From NCBI RefSeq assembly GCF_988243305.1, contig NZ_OZ547136.1: a stretch of DNA of 64,000 nucleotides; one strand, 5' to 3'. Under the pieces are notes generated by a model, which searched no databases, was not told where the DNA came from, and saw only the letters and a list, made by a program, of their open reading frames with translations. How positions within the stretch are numbered: position 1 is the first letter of the stretch; each line of letters begins with the position of its first letter. Shown one piece after another: positions 29,847 to 37,787 of this stretch. Made by a program: the position numbers and the translations under genes.

Positions 29847-30070
29847 TAAGGTTTTATACCAGACGTTTTAATGGTACTTAGCAAGAAAGAGCATTTTCTT
29901 TTCTATTTATACTCTGGTTCAAGTCTGCTAATTAATTCTACATATATATTTTTTTAGGAGTAGTAAAAAACTTTACTAAAGTTATTTATTGTTCTCTCAA
30001 CATATAAGCTGTAGTTCGAGTTTTCGGTTGAACTGTCAAAAATACATCATACACATCTATAAAACAGCAG

Positions 30071-30110
30071 GTACGGTTAATTAAGAATTTTTATTCGTGA
30101 TTAACCGTAC
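30071..30110. terminator. Hairpin terminator at the distal end of the minus-strand T6SS operon
   Basis: gtacggttaat...attaaccgtac: 11 bp perfect inverted repeat, with a U-run on the minus strand (ctgctgtttt) about 70 nt downstream of the hcp stop. Confidence 0.55.
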
Positions 30111-30182
30111 TTTATCATTTTATAATGTTAAATTGCCTTTTTAAAATATAACAATAATGCAGATGAAAAACGCCCAGGTAAC

Positions 30183-30662
30183 TTAGAAAATCCGTTCACT
30201 CCAAAGGCTGTACGCACTGGTTCCGGCGACGCTGTGCTCCCAGTTGATACTCTCATAGGTAAATGACACAGACTCTTCCGGCTGTCCTGGGCTGTCGTTA
30301 ATGGTATGGGGAACGGTAAGGCCGATGTTTGAGATCCGGGCGTTAGTCAGTTTCACCTTGTAGTACGGTTCATTAACACCAAAGCGGTTGGTGCGATAGA
30401 ATACAAAATCACAGGTCAGACATTCATTCTCCGAAATTGCCTTGCCCAGCAGGGGGGAAGATTTGTCCACCGGTTTCGTGATGGTCAGCTCCTGGTGGTT
30501 GACATTCTGCGCCCGGCTCAGACCATGGGACAGTGACGTCACCATGATCTGATCCTGATGTGCAATCTGGGCTTTGTTACCGATGGACGGCATTGACGAG
30601 CATCCGGATGAAATCAGCCCCTGAAGTTCTCCGTTCAGTGTCAGATAGACGGGATTTGCCAT
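30183..30662 (-). CDS. hcp: T6SS tube protein Hcp (TssD), distal divergent copy
   Basis: 159 aa from MANPVYLTLNGELQG with RBS AAGGAGAATAACA upstream; Hcp-like sequence. The upstream 129 codons of tracked ORF 30183..31049 overlap vasL out of frame and are not part of the gene. Confidence 0.8.
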   Translation of the reverse strand: MANPVYLTLNGELQGLISSGCSSMPSIGNKAQIAHQDQIMVTSLSHGLSRAQNVNHQELTITKPVDKSSPLLGKAISENECLTCDFVFYRTNRFGVNEPYYKVKLTNARISNIGLTVPHTINDSPGQPEESVSFTYESINWEHSVAGTSAYSLWSERIF

Positions 30663-30679
30663 TGTTATTCTCCTTAAAC

Positions 30680-32041
30680 TCAATGGGTCGGAGGGACTGG
30701 CACGGTGCTGTTGTCCGTTGCCATATCCTGTCCGGTATTTTTCAGCAACAGCCAGCGGCTTAACAGCCCATCCAGCCGTTGGTTGATCTCTTTTGCTAGC
30801 GCTTGTGTGTCCTGATTCTGCGTGCGGGTCTCCTGGTACTGCGTCAGCATGTACTCCAGTGGAGTTTCCTGATTCAGTAACCGTTCGGCCTGCCAGGTCA
30901 CCGTTTTGATATACGAGAGGGTGAAACCCTGTTTCTCCGTCTCCTTTTTCATCATCAGATCCGCAAAATCCCGCAAATTCTGCCGCGCCTGTTGCCAGCC
31001 CTTCATCTGCGGACTGGCTTGCGCCCGGTTTCTCAGCGTGGTGCTCCACATCCGGCTGGCTTCCTGCTGTTGCAGGCTTTCCGGCCAGAGGGTGTCTGCG
31101 GTGCGCATCATCTGCATTCCGGTTTCCAGCGGCTGTAGCGGTGGGGTATTCAGAAGCTGTTGCAGGTTCTGTTCATATTCTTTCAGTACCGGTGATGCCA
31201 GCCAGACGGTGGCTGCTCCCTGTGTGGTATCCCTGACCTTTGTAAGCTGCCGCTGCATCGGGTACGTCTGCCACCACCAGAGTGCAGCAGCGATAACGGC
31301 AGTACAGGCGGCACCGGCAACAAAACCTTTTACCGTGTCGCCCTGTTTTGCTTTGTCGGCGTTATCTGCCACTCCGCGCACCTCCACCCGCATTTCCGGC
31401 AGGTCGGGTAGGGGGGGCATGGTTTCCGCTGTGGCGGAAGCCGTGCCTTTAGGCGCATAGACCAGCGTTCTGACCATGGTCTGTACCGCCGTAGCAGTAC
31501 GGTTTCTGGGCTGCGGCTCAAACCGCTTGCGTGTGTTCTGCACAAAATAAAGCAGATTTTCCACGCGCGGTTGGCGCTTCAGTTCCACCTGCTGGAGTTT
31601 GTCGCAGATAAGCTGCAAAGCCCGTTCCGTGCGGTAGAGCAACGAAAGATCATTTTCGGAAAAGGAAACCTGCTGGCGCAGGATATTCCCGGTGCGGGTG
31701 TTGAACCAGTCCAGCATCTCAGTCCTCGCCGGGCCACTTTGCGGCCAGAATTTATCCCATTCGTGGGTGATCATCGCAGCTAGCAGTTCCGCGCCTTCAC
31801 AGAACCCTGCCAGTCCCTGATTACGTGTACGTGCCAGCGTATAGTAGGTGGCGGTATGCAAATCCACCCCGTTGGCCTTAAAAATTGACAGCGCCAGCGA
31901 TTCCACTAGTTTCCAGTTCAGCTCCGGCTGTGACGGGTGGTTAGCTTTGTTAATTTCTTCGCGGATGGCGCTGAACTCCGGCAGGGTACGCGGATCGCTG
32001 CCGGTAACGATAGTTTGTGTCAGTACATTGTTGCTCATCAC
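30680..32041 (-). CDS. vasL: T6SS accessory membrane protein with ImpA-N-like domain (VasL/TagA-like)
   Basis: 453 aa; N-terminal region resembles the ImpA_N domain; single predicted TM helix (GFVAGAACTAVIAAALWWW); sits directly after tssM as vasL does in the V. cholerae cluster. Confidence 0.6.
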   Translation of the reverse strand: MMSNNVLTQTIVTGSDPRTLPEFSAIREEINKANHPSQPELNWKLVESLALSIFKANGVDLHTATYYTLARTRNQGLAGFCEGAELLAAMITHEWDKFWPQSGPARTEMLDWFNTRTGNILRQQVSFSENDLSLLYRTERALQLICDKLQQVELKRQPRVENLLYFVQNTRKRFEPQPRNRTATAVQTMVRTLVYAPKGTASATAETMPPLPDLPEMRVEVRGVADNADKAKQGDTVKGFVAGAACTAVIAAALWWWQTYPMQRQLTKVRDTTQGAATVWLASPVLKEYEQNLQQLLNTPPLQPLETGMQMMRTADTLWPESLQQQEASRMWSTTLRNRAQASPQMKGWQQARQNLRDFADLMMKKETEKQGFTLSYIKTVTWQAERLLNQETPLEYMLTQYQETRTQNQDTQALAKEINQRLDGLLSRWLLLKNTGQDMATDNSTVPVPPTH

Positions 32042-32049
32042 TAACCCCC

Positions 32050-35000
32050 TTAATACAACGTATCCGGTAAACGGAATTGGCTGAACAGACCACCGGTGAA
32101 CGGGTTATCTTCGGTATCCACATGCACCCGATAAACCATCGCGCCGCCGTCCACGTTAAAGCGCACGTTAAAGGTGTCACTGGTCACGTTGGTCAACTGG
32201 CCCGCGCCGAACAGGCGGAACTGCGCCCACGGTCCACTGAAAGCGATACTGCGCGGTGCTCCACCGCTGGTGCCAACCAGCGTCAGCTTGCTTTCATTGC
32301 CTTCACGCATGTTGTTTGGCCAGACCAGATGGGCGGTATAGTTGCGTCCCTGGCTGTAGTCCACTAACTGGCCGTCCAGGTTAAGTACGCTGCGCCGTTT
32401 ATTGCCGGAAAGCGACACCGTTTCCACGGCAAATTGTGTGCCCAGCCCGTTCTGCTGGCTGAAGAAGATGTCGCGGATTTTTTGCGCGGTATCCAGTTGT
32501 TGTCGGATATCTTCACGGATCAGCACTCTGCCGTCGTCGCCAAAGGTCAGATCGTTTTCAAGGAACAGTCGCAGGTTGTCCTTATAGAAATTGTCCAGAA
32601 TGCCATCCGGTTTAAAGAAACGTTCAAACGCATCCAGTGAGGCATCCTGTGAGGCGCGTGGATTAAACGGATAGTTACCGGCAAGCTGTTCGTTGAAGGG
32701 TTTCACTACATTGTCGCGCCAGTCCACTTCCATGTAATGAACAGCTTCCACCATCACCACGTGCCAGGCCTGATCCGCCAGCTTGCCCACCCAGCGGTTA
32801 AGCGGTGCAGGCAGGGTTTTTGCCATCTGGCGGGTGGCGAAGATTGGATCGCTGCTGTTTTGATCCAGGCGTAGCTGCACTGCTTTCAGCGCCGATTTTC
32901 CCGGCACTGGCGAGTTCTGGATCGCCAGCAGGTAACGGTGCAGCTCGGTCAGTTGCTGGTACACGGCCTGTAGCGTACTCGCCTTGTCCTTTTGCTCCTC
33001 CAGTGCGCTGTTTTCCGGTGCGAACTCATGCCCCAGCCGGGACAACAGGCGGTAATCCATCTCATTTATCACCGCTTCCCGCGCCTTATCGTCCAGTTTG
33101 CCGGAGAGCGTCAGCGCGTGTGTATTATCGCGCAGCGCCGTCAGCGCACGCTGGAATGGCTGATCGCCGCTGATAATCTGCTCCAGCGCGTCGGTCAGCG
33201 CCGGCATGGCCTCATAGTCACGGACGTTGAGATTATCCATTCCGGCACGCCATGTAGCGGTATAGTCACTGAGGTACTGTTCAGTGATATGGCGCTGGAT
33301 CTCTTCACGGTCGGCCTCGCTGTAGGCGACGCTTTGCGTCAGGTTCAGCACCCACGAATCCAGCGCGGTCAACTCAACGAGACCGTCGTGTTGTTTGATA
33401 AAATAGCTTTGCAGGCCATAGCGGGTGAGAAACTGCGGGATCACCAGTTTTTCATCATTACCGGCGACGAACACGTTGTCGAAGGTGGGACCAACCTGGT
33501 CGCGCAAATTCAAATCGGCGGGCAACACGCTTAATGCTTTGGTGCGTAGGGTCTGGTAGACACGCTGGTATATCGGCAGTTTGCTCAGTTCATGTTGCGC
33601 ATTAATGACCGGTTTATCATAGGGTGTCCAGCGGCTGATGGCGTCGCTGTCGCCGCTCTGGCGCTGCGCGTGCCAGTCGGTGTGTTCCAGCGCATAGTCC
33701 AGATGTGCCATCAGTTGCGCCTGAATATCACGCTGGCCGTGAAATTCATTGCTCCAGCGCCGCGCCATGTACTGTTTTACCGCCTCGTTGTTGCGCCCAC
33801 TTTTGTCTTCCATCATGCGCACTACGCGCAGCACGGCGAGTTTTTCTTCACTCTCAGGCGGGGCATTGTTCAGATCCCGGATCAGGCCGTTCATTAACGA
33901 GGGGAGATAACGCTGCTCAAGAAGCTGAATGTAGGTTTGTTCCACATATGGCCCTACGCGGACGCCCTGGTACAATCCCATATCCGCCAGAAAACCGTGA
34001 TCGCGGTAATCGCCGTAGGCGAGGGTGGCATCGCGTACCGGGTTGAGTAACGGCAGTTGCAGATTGCCGAATTCATCCTTTCCCTGCGGTGGTGGTACGT
34101 CCATAAAGGCTTTAGCCTGTGCCAGTACGTTAACGCCGGACTGCCAGTTCTGGTTGTAATAATGGTGCCAGCTTCCGACCAGCAATGCCGCCAGTGCCGC
34201 GCCACAGGCGGAAAAGGCGGTCAGCCTGCGCCGGGAGCTGTTCAGCCAGACGCTGTTTTCACCTGCAAGGTTTGGCTCGGCTAGCAGGACTTCCGGGAAG
34301 AGGCGGCGGGTGAAATACGGCGTTGTTTCCACCAGGGGCCAGGTCGCCAGCGAGCTGTTGCCCAGCCCGTACTGGCGGGCGGCGGACTGCGTGAAAATAT
34401 CATCCACCTGGCCGCGCTGTAGCGAGGATGTGAGCCAGACGCCGCGCAGCATCACATCCATATTCTCGCCGTCCAGCAATGCGGCGAGCAGTGAAGTGAC
34501 GATTTCTCCCGTTCCCTGCATCTGACGGGAGAAGCTGAACACGGCGCTGCGTAGCGCAGCACCGGTCTGCACGAGCATCAGGTCTGACAGGGCCAGGTTC
34601 ATCTGTTGTCCCCAGGTCTGCCAGAAGGTGCTCAGCTCGCTGCGCCAGTCATCGTTTTCATGAGCGCGGCGGGTAAACGTGACGCCGAGGATCGCGTCGC
34701 GGTCTTTTTTATCCAGTGAATGGAACAGCGCGGCAAAGCCGGTCAGTAGATCCAGCCGGGTCAGCACCACATAAACGGGCAACCGGCAGTGCAGGCACTG
34801 GCGAATTTCCTGAAGTTGCTGACGCAGATTTTGTACCAGTGCTTCGCGACGGAGTTTATCCGCCGTCAGCAGTTCGGGAAGATCGAGCGTCAGGATCAGA
34901 CCATTGAGCGGCTGGCGTGCGCGCGTTTCCATCAGCCAGCCCAGCCAGTGTTCGCGCAGGCGGCGGTGGAGCAGATCATCCCCGCCGGGGGAGGTCAGTA

Positions 35001-35577
35001 CGCCGTCAACATCGAAAATTACTGCCTGGTTGCCCACTCGCGGTGTGATCAGCGGATGATATTCCACACCCCGGATGCTTTCCGGCATGTAAATAATGTC
35101 AGACGGAAAGCCCTCGCGCAGCAGCGTGCTTTTGCCGCTACCCGCAGGACCAATGACCATATACCACGGCAACTGCCACAGATAACTGCGGTTATCCAGA
35201 TGGCGGCGCAGGCGCAGCAGCCAGTGATCCAAATATTGCTGCTGGTGGTGGAGTTCCACGGTCAACGGATCTTTTTCTTCCTCCCGCTGCTGTTTCTGCT
35301 GTTTTTCCAGCTTTTGCAGACGCTTCATTACCCGCCAGGTGAGCCAGACCAGAGCGATAAGCCCCCAGACGGCGGTCGCCAGCCAGCGGTTTGCCAGCGG
35401 AGCCAGCCAGTGCTGCTCATAGAGCGTCCATTTTGGACCCTGCCACCAGATCCACACCAGCAGAAAAATCCATGCCAGCGCCAGCAGCCAGGCGGCGGAT
35501 ACCTTGAATCGCGGCATCGCTGGCCTGAGCGCAGATCTCAACGAGCTGAACAGTCGGGATGTGGGAAATTTGAACAC
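32050..35577 (-). CDS. tssM: T6SS membrane-complex protein TssM (IcmF/VasK)
   Basis: 1175 aa; N-terminal TM helices and Walker A motif GPAGSGKST; size and position match TssM. Exact start uncertain. Confidence 0.9.
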   Translation of the reverse strand: MFKFPTSRLFSSLRSALRPAMPRFKVSAAWLLALAWIFLLVWIWWQGPKWTLYEQHWLAPLANRWLATAVWGLIALVWLTWRVMKRLQKLEKQQKQQREEEKDPLTVELHHQQQYLDHWLLRLRRHLDNRSYLWQLPWYMVIGPAGSGKSTLLREGFPSDIIYMPESIRGVEYHPLITPRVGNQAVIFDVDGVLTSPGGDDLLHRRLREHWLGWLMETRARQPLNGLILTLDLPELLTADKLRREALVQNLRQQLQEIRQCLHCRLPVYVVLTRLDLLTGFAALFHSLDKKDRDAILGVTFTRRAHENDDWRSELSTFWQTWGQQMNLALSDLMLVQTGAALRSAVFSFSRQMQGTGEIVTSLLAALLDGENMDVMLRGVWLTSSLQRGQVDDIFTQSAARQYGLGNSSLATWPLVETTPYFTRRLFPEVLLAEPNLAGENSVWLNSSRRRLTAFSACGAALAALLVGSWHHYYNQNWQSGVNVLAQAKAFMDVPPPQGKDEFGNLQLPLLNPVRDATLAYGDYRDHGFLADMGLYQGVRVGPYVEQTYIQLLEQRYLPSLMNGLIRDLNNAPPESEEKLAVLRVVRMMEDKSGRNNEAVKQYMARRWSNEFHGQRDIQAQLMAHLDYALEHTDWHAQRQSGDSDAISRWTPYDKPVINAQHELSKLPIYQRVYQTLRTKALSVLPADLNLRDQVGPTFDNVFVAGNDEKLVIPQFLTRYGLQSYFIKQHDGLVELTALDSWVLNLTQSVAYSEADREEIQRHITEQYLSDYTATWRAGMDNLNVRDYEAMPALTDALEQIISGDQPFQRALTALRDNTHALTLSGKLDDKAREAVINEMDYRLLSRLGHEFAPENSALEEQKDKASTLQAVYQQLTELHRYLLAIQNSPVPGKSALKAVQLRLDQNSSDPIFATRQMAKTLPAPLNRWVGKLADQAWHVVMVEAVHYMEVDWRDNVVKPFNEQLAGNYPFNPRASQDASLDAFERFFKPDGILDNFYKDNLRLFLENDLTFGDDGRVLIREDIRQQLDTAQKIRDIFFSQQNGLGTQFAVETVSLSGNKRRSVLNLDGQLVDYSQGRNYTAHLVWPNNMREGNESKLTLVGTSGGAPRSIAFSGPWAQFRLFGAGQLTNVTSDTFNVRFNVDGGAMVYRVHVDTEDNPFTGGLFSQFRLPDTLY

Positions 35578-35596
35578 AGTAACTCCTTGTTATCTT

Positions 35597-37039
35597 TTAC
35601 TGTTCTGCCGTGAATTTTTGTTCCAGTGCTTTCAGCAGGGAAGGCTCCCATTCGGGTAGCATCATGTGTAAGCCTGTTTTGAAGAGCATCCGGTACTGCT
35701 GTTGTGCAAGCTGAACCATACCGGCTTCTTCCAGTAACTGCGCGCCGAAAAATTGGCGATGAAACTGGTTACGGGGATCACCTTCGGGCAGGTTTTCCAG
35801 ATACCGCAGCGCGGTTTCCAGCCCGTTCTCATCGAAGCACGCCCTGGCCGCCTGTAATTCTTCATCGGTCTGTACAGCTGCTGCGGTTTGGTTGCCTGAG
35901 CCCGATGGTGCCAGCCACTGTTTCGTCTGTTCGGACACAAACGGAGTGCGGTCGTTAAACAACAGGTTGATCAGTGCGGGCAGGCGAGCAAGAAAACTGG
36001 TAACTTCATCACGGATAGCATCCGCCACCTGTATATAACCAAGGCGCAACGCGGTCTGTGCTGAGAGGTAATGGCCGTCCAGCCAGTACGGGGCCAGCAG
36101 CAGGCTTTTTTCCACCTGCTGCCAAAGCGCCATGTCGGCATTGTTCAGTCGCGCCAGATAGTCATCCATCATATCTACAGGGAAAGCAGCCAGAGGGGTC
36201 CGGCCATCGCTTTCTGCCTGCGGGGTACTGGTGATGGTCTGCCACAGCGCATGGCGGCGCAGGCGGTAACCCAGCGGTGACTCCGGCTGACGTTCACAGA
36301 GAATGGCGGCTACCTTCAACAGGGTGTCGCGCCATGCTTTATCATCGTGGCTGTCCACGGTGACCTGCGGGATTGGAGTGGCTGCAACAGGAGGCTGAGC
36401 GGAAACTGTGTGCGGTAACATATCCGGTGCAGATCCGGTCGTGGCCTGCGGCGCAATGGCGGCGGTTCGTGCAGATGATGGCATTTCAGGCGCTACATCA
36501 CGAAACGCGCGCTGAAACAGAGTAAATAAATCGTCTGTCGCCTTAGCCAGCTCAGGCGCGTTGTGCGCCTGCCAGCACAGTGCCAGTTTTGCCAGCTCTC
36601 CCAGCAAAGCATCGCGCTGTGTTGTCACAGCATTCCCGGCAAAGTCATGAATGGCCGACTCAAAGCGTTTTATCACTTGGGTGGCGAAGCGTTTTTTGTG
36701 GGCCATGTTCTGCGGCGCGGCGCATGTCCAGTAGTGCTCTGTATATTGTGTCAGTATCCTGGAGGCCAGCAGAATATCACCGGCATGTTGCAGGGTACGC
36801 AGCAGGTGGGCCAGCAGGCGAAAATCTTTGGTTTCTGAGGCCAGAAGCATCAGGCCCCGGCGCTGAAGTTCGGGGATATCAAGCTGGCTGTGCGCCAGTG
36901 AACCGAGCTTGACGATTTCGCTGTCGATAAACTCCCAGTCTGCATTGCCATCATCAAGCGCGGCGGACAGCTTATCTTCCGGCAGGTTTTCCAGCAGGTG
37001 TGCAAGCCATATATCAGGATTACGTAAGTCCATTGCCAT
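35597..37039 (-). CDS. tssA: T6SS protein TssA (VasJ; ImpA N-terminal domain)
   Basis: About 480 aa from MAMDLRNPDIWL with RBS AGGAGA; start lies 5 nt from the vasI stop. Confidence 0.8.
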   Translation of the reverse strand: MAMDLRNPDIWLAHLLENLPEDKLSAALDDGNADWEFIDSEIVKLGSLAHSQLDIPELQRRGLMLLASETKDFRLLAHLLRTLQHAGDILLASRILTQYTEHYWTCAAPQNMAHKKRFATQVIKRFESAIHDFAGNAVTTQRDALLGELAKLALCWQAHNAPELAKATDDLFTLFQRAFRDVAPEMPSSARTAAIAPQATTGSAPDMLPHTVSAQPPVAATPIPQVTVDSHDDKAWRDTLLKVAAILCERQPESPLGYRLRRHALWQTITSTPQAESDGRTPLAAFPVDMMDDYLARLNNADMALWQQVEKSLLLAPYWLDGHYLSAQTALRLGYIQVADAIRDEVTSFLARLPALINLLFNDRTPFVSEQTKQWLAPSGSGNQTAAAVQTDEELQAARACFDENGLETALRYLENLPEGDPRNQFHRQFFGAQLLEEAGMVQLAQQQYRMLFKTGLHMMLPEWEPSLLKALEQKFTAEQ

Positions 37040-37043
37040 ATTT

Positions 37044-37787
37044 TTATTCTCCTGCCCAGTGGCAGGCGTCGCGTAGCGGCGCAATAACCCGCGCCAGCCC
37101 GTCAATGTTAAAGGTCAGCTTTCCGGCAGCATTGTCTGTGCCGGTATCAACCGTCAGTGTTTTAGCAGCGAATAGTTGCTTAATTTCATCAATACCGGAT
37201 AACCCCCGGCTGGACTCCAGCAGGGTGCCGTTCTCGCGCACAAACCAGTGGCTGCGCAATGCCCGGCTGTCGGCATTCAGGGTGACGGCGATATCATGGA
37301 CATCCAGAGGATGCATCAGCGCCACCTGCATCCGGGTGATATTGTCCACGCAACTGAACATCAGCACCGGGCGCGGCGGAACATGACCGATAGCCGGGGT
37401 GGTTATCACTACCGTCGGGCGTTCACCCGGCACCTGCGTCACCAGCAGCTCTGTGGTGCTGCCCTGGCGGCGTTTTTCCTGCTCTGTGGCGCGGGTCCAG
37501 GCTTCGCCCACAAAGCTGGCTTTGACCAGTGCGGCGTTGCCGAAGCCGGGCTGTTCCGGTGCAAGAATGCGGTCATAACAGTCAAGCCGCTCCAGCGCCG
37601 CAGATTCCCGCCGACAGGACTGCATGGCCTGTAACGTGGCTGTCGCATCCGGCGGGGGCGTGGTGGCGACGGCGACCGCCGCACCGGCCATTGACGATGT
37701 TTCTGCGGGCGCGGCACTGGCGGGTAAGCCCGCCATCAGGCCCGCGATAAACCATCCTGCCTGCCGGAAAACGCGCAACCTGCTCAT
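37044..37787 (-). CDS. vasI: T6SS-associated protein VasI family (signal-peptide protein)
   Basis: 247 aa; N-terminal signal-like segment (AGLMAGLPASAAPA); lies between clpV and tssA, the position of vasI in V. cholerae. Confidence 0.6.
   Translation of the reverse strand: MSRLRVFRQAGWFIAGLMAGLPASAAPAETSSMAGAAVAVATTPPPDATATLQAMQSCRRESAALERLDCYDRILAPEQPGFGNAALVKASFVGEAWTRATEQEKRRQGSTTELLVTQVPGERPTVVITTPAIGHVPPRPVLMFSCVDNITRMQVALMHPLDVHDIAVTLNADSRALRSHWFVRENGTLLESSRGLSGIDEIKQLFAAKTLTVDTGTDNAAGKLTFNIDGLARVIAPLRDACHWAGE

Noticed and set aside
30663-31049. N-terminal 129 codons of tracked ORF 30183..31049 (288 aa) extending the distal hcp
   Set aside because: This stretch overlaps the 3' end of vasL in another frame and has no Hcp-like sequence. 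The Hcp homology starts exactly at the internal ATG (30662), which has its own RBS, so the extension is an ORF-finder artefact.
34789-35613. 274 aa plus-strand ORF antisense to tssM (and similar ORFs at 32992..33534, 33592..34046, 38222..38878, 38694..39314, 39423..39977)
   Set aside because: These are antisense to conserved T6SS genes with Arg/Gln/Ala/Ser-rich low-complexity translations typical of non-coding frames in GC-rich sequence.
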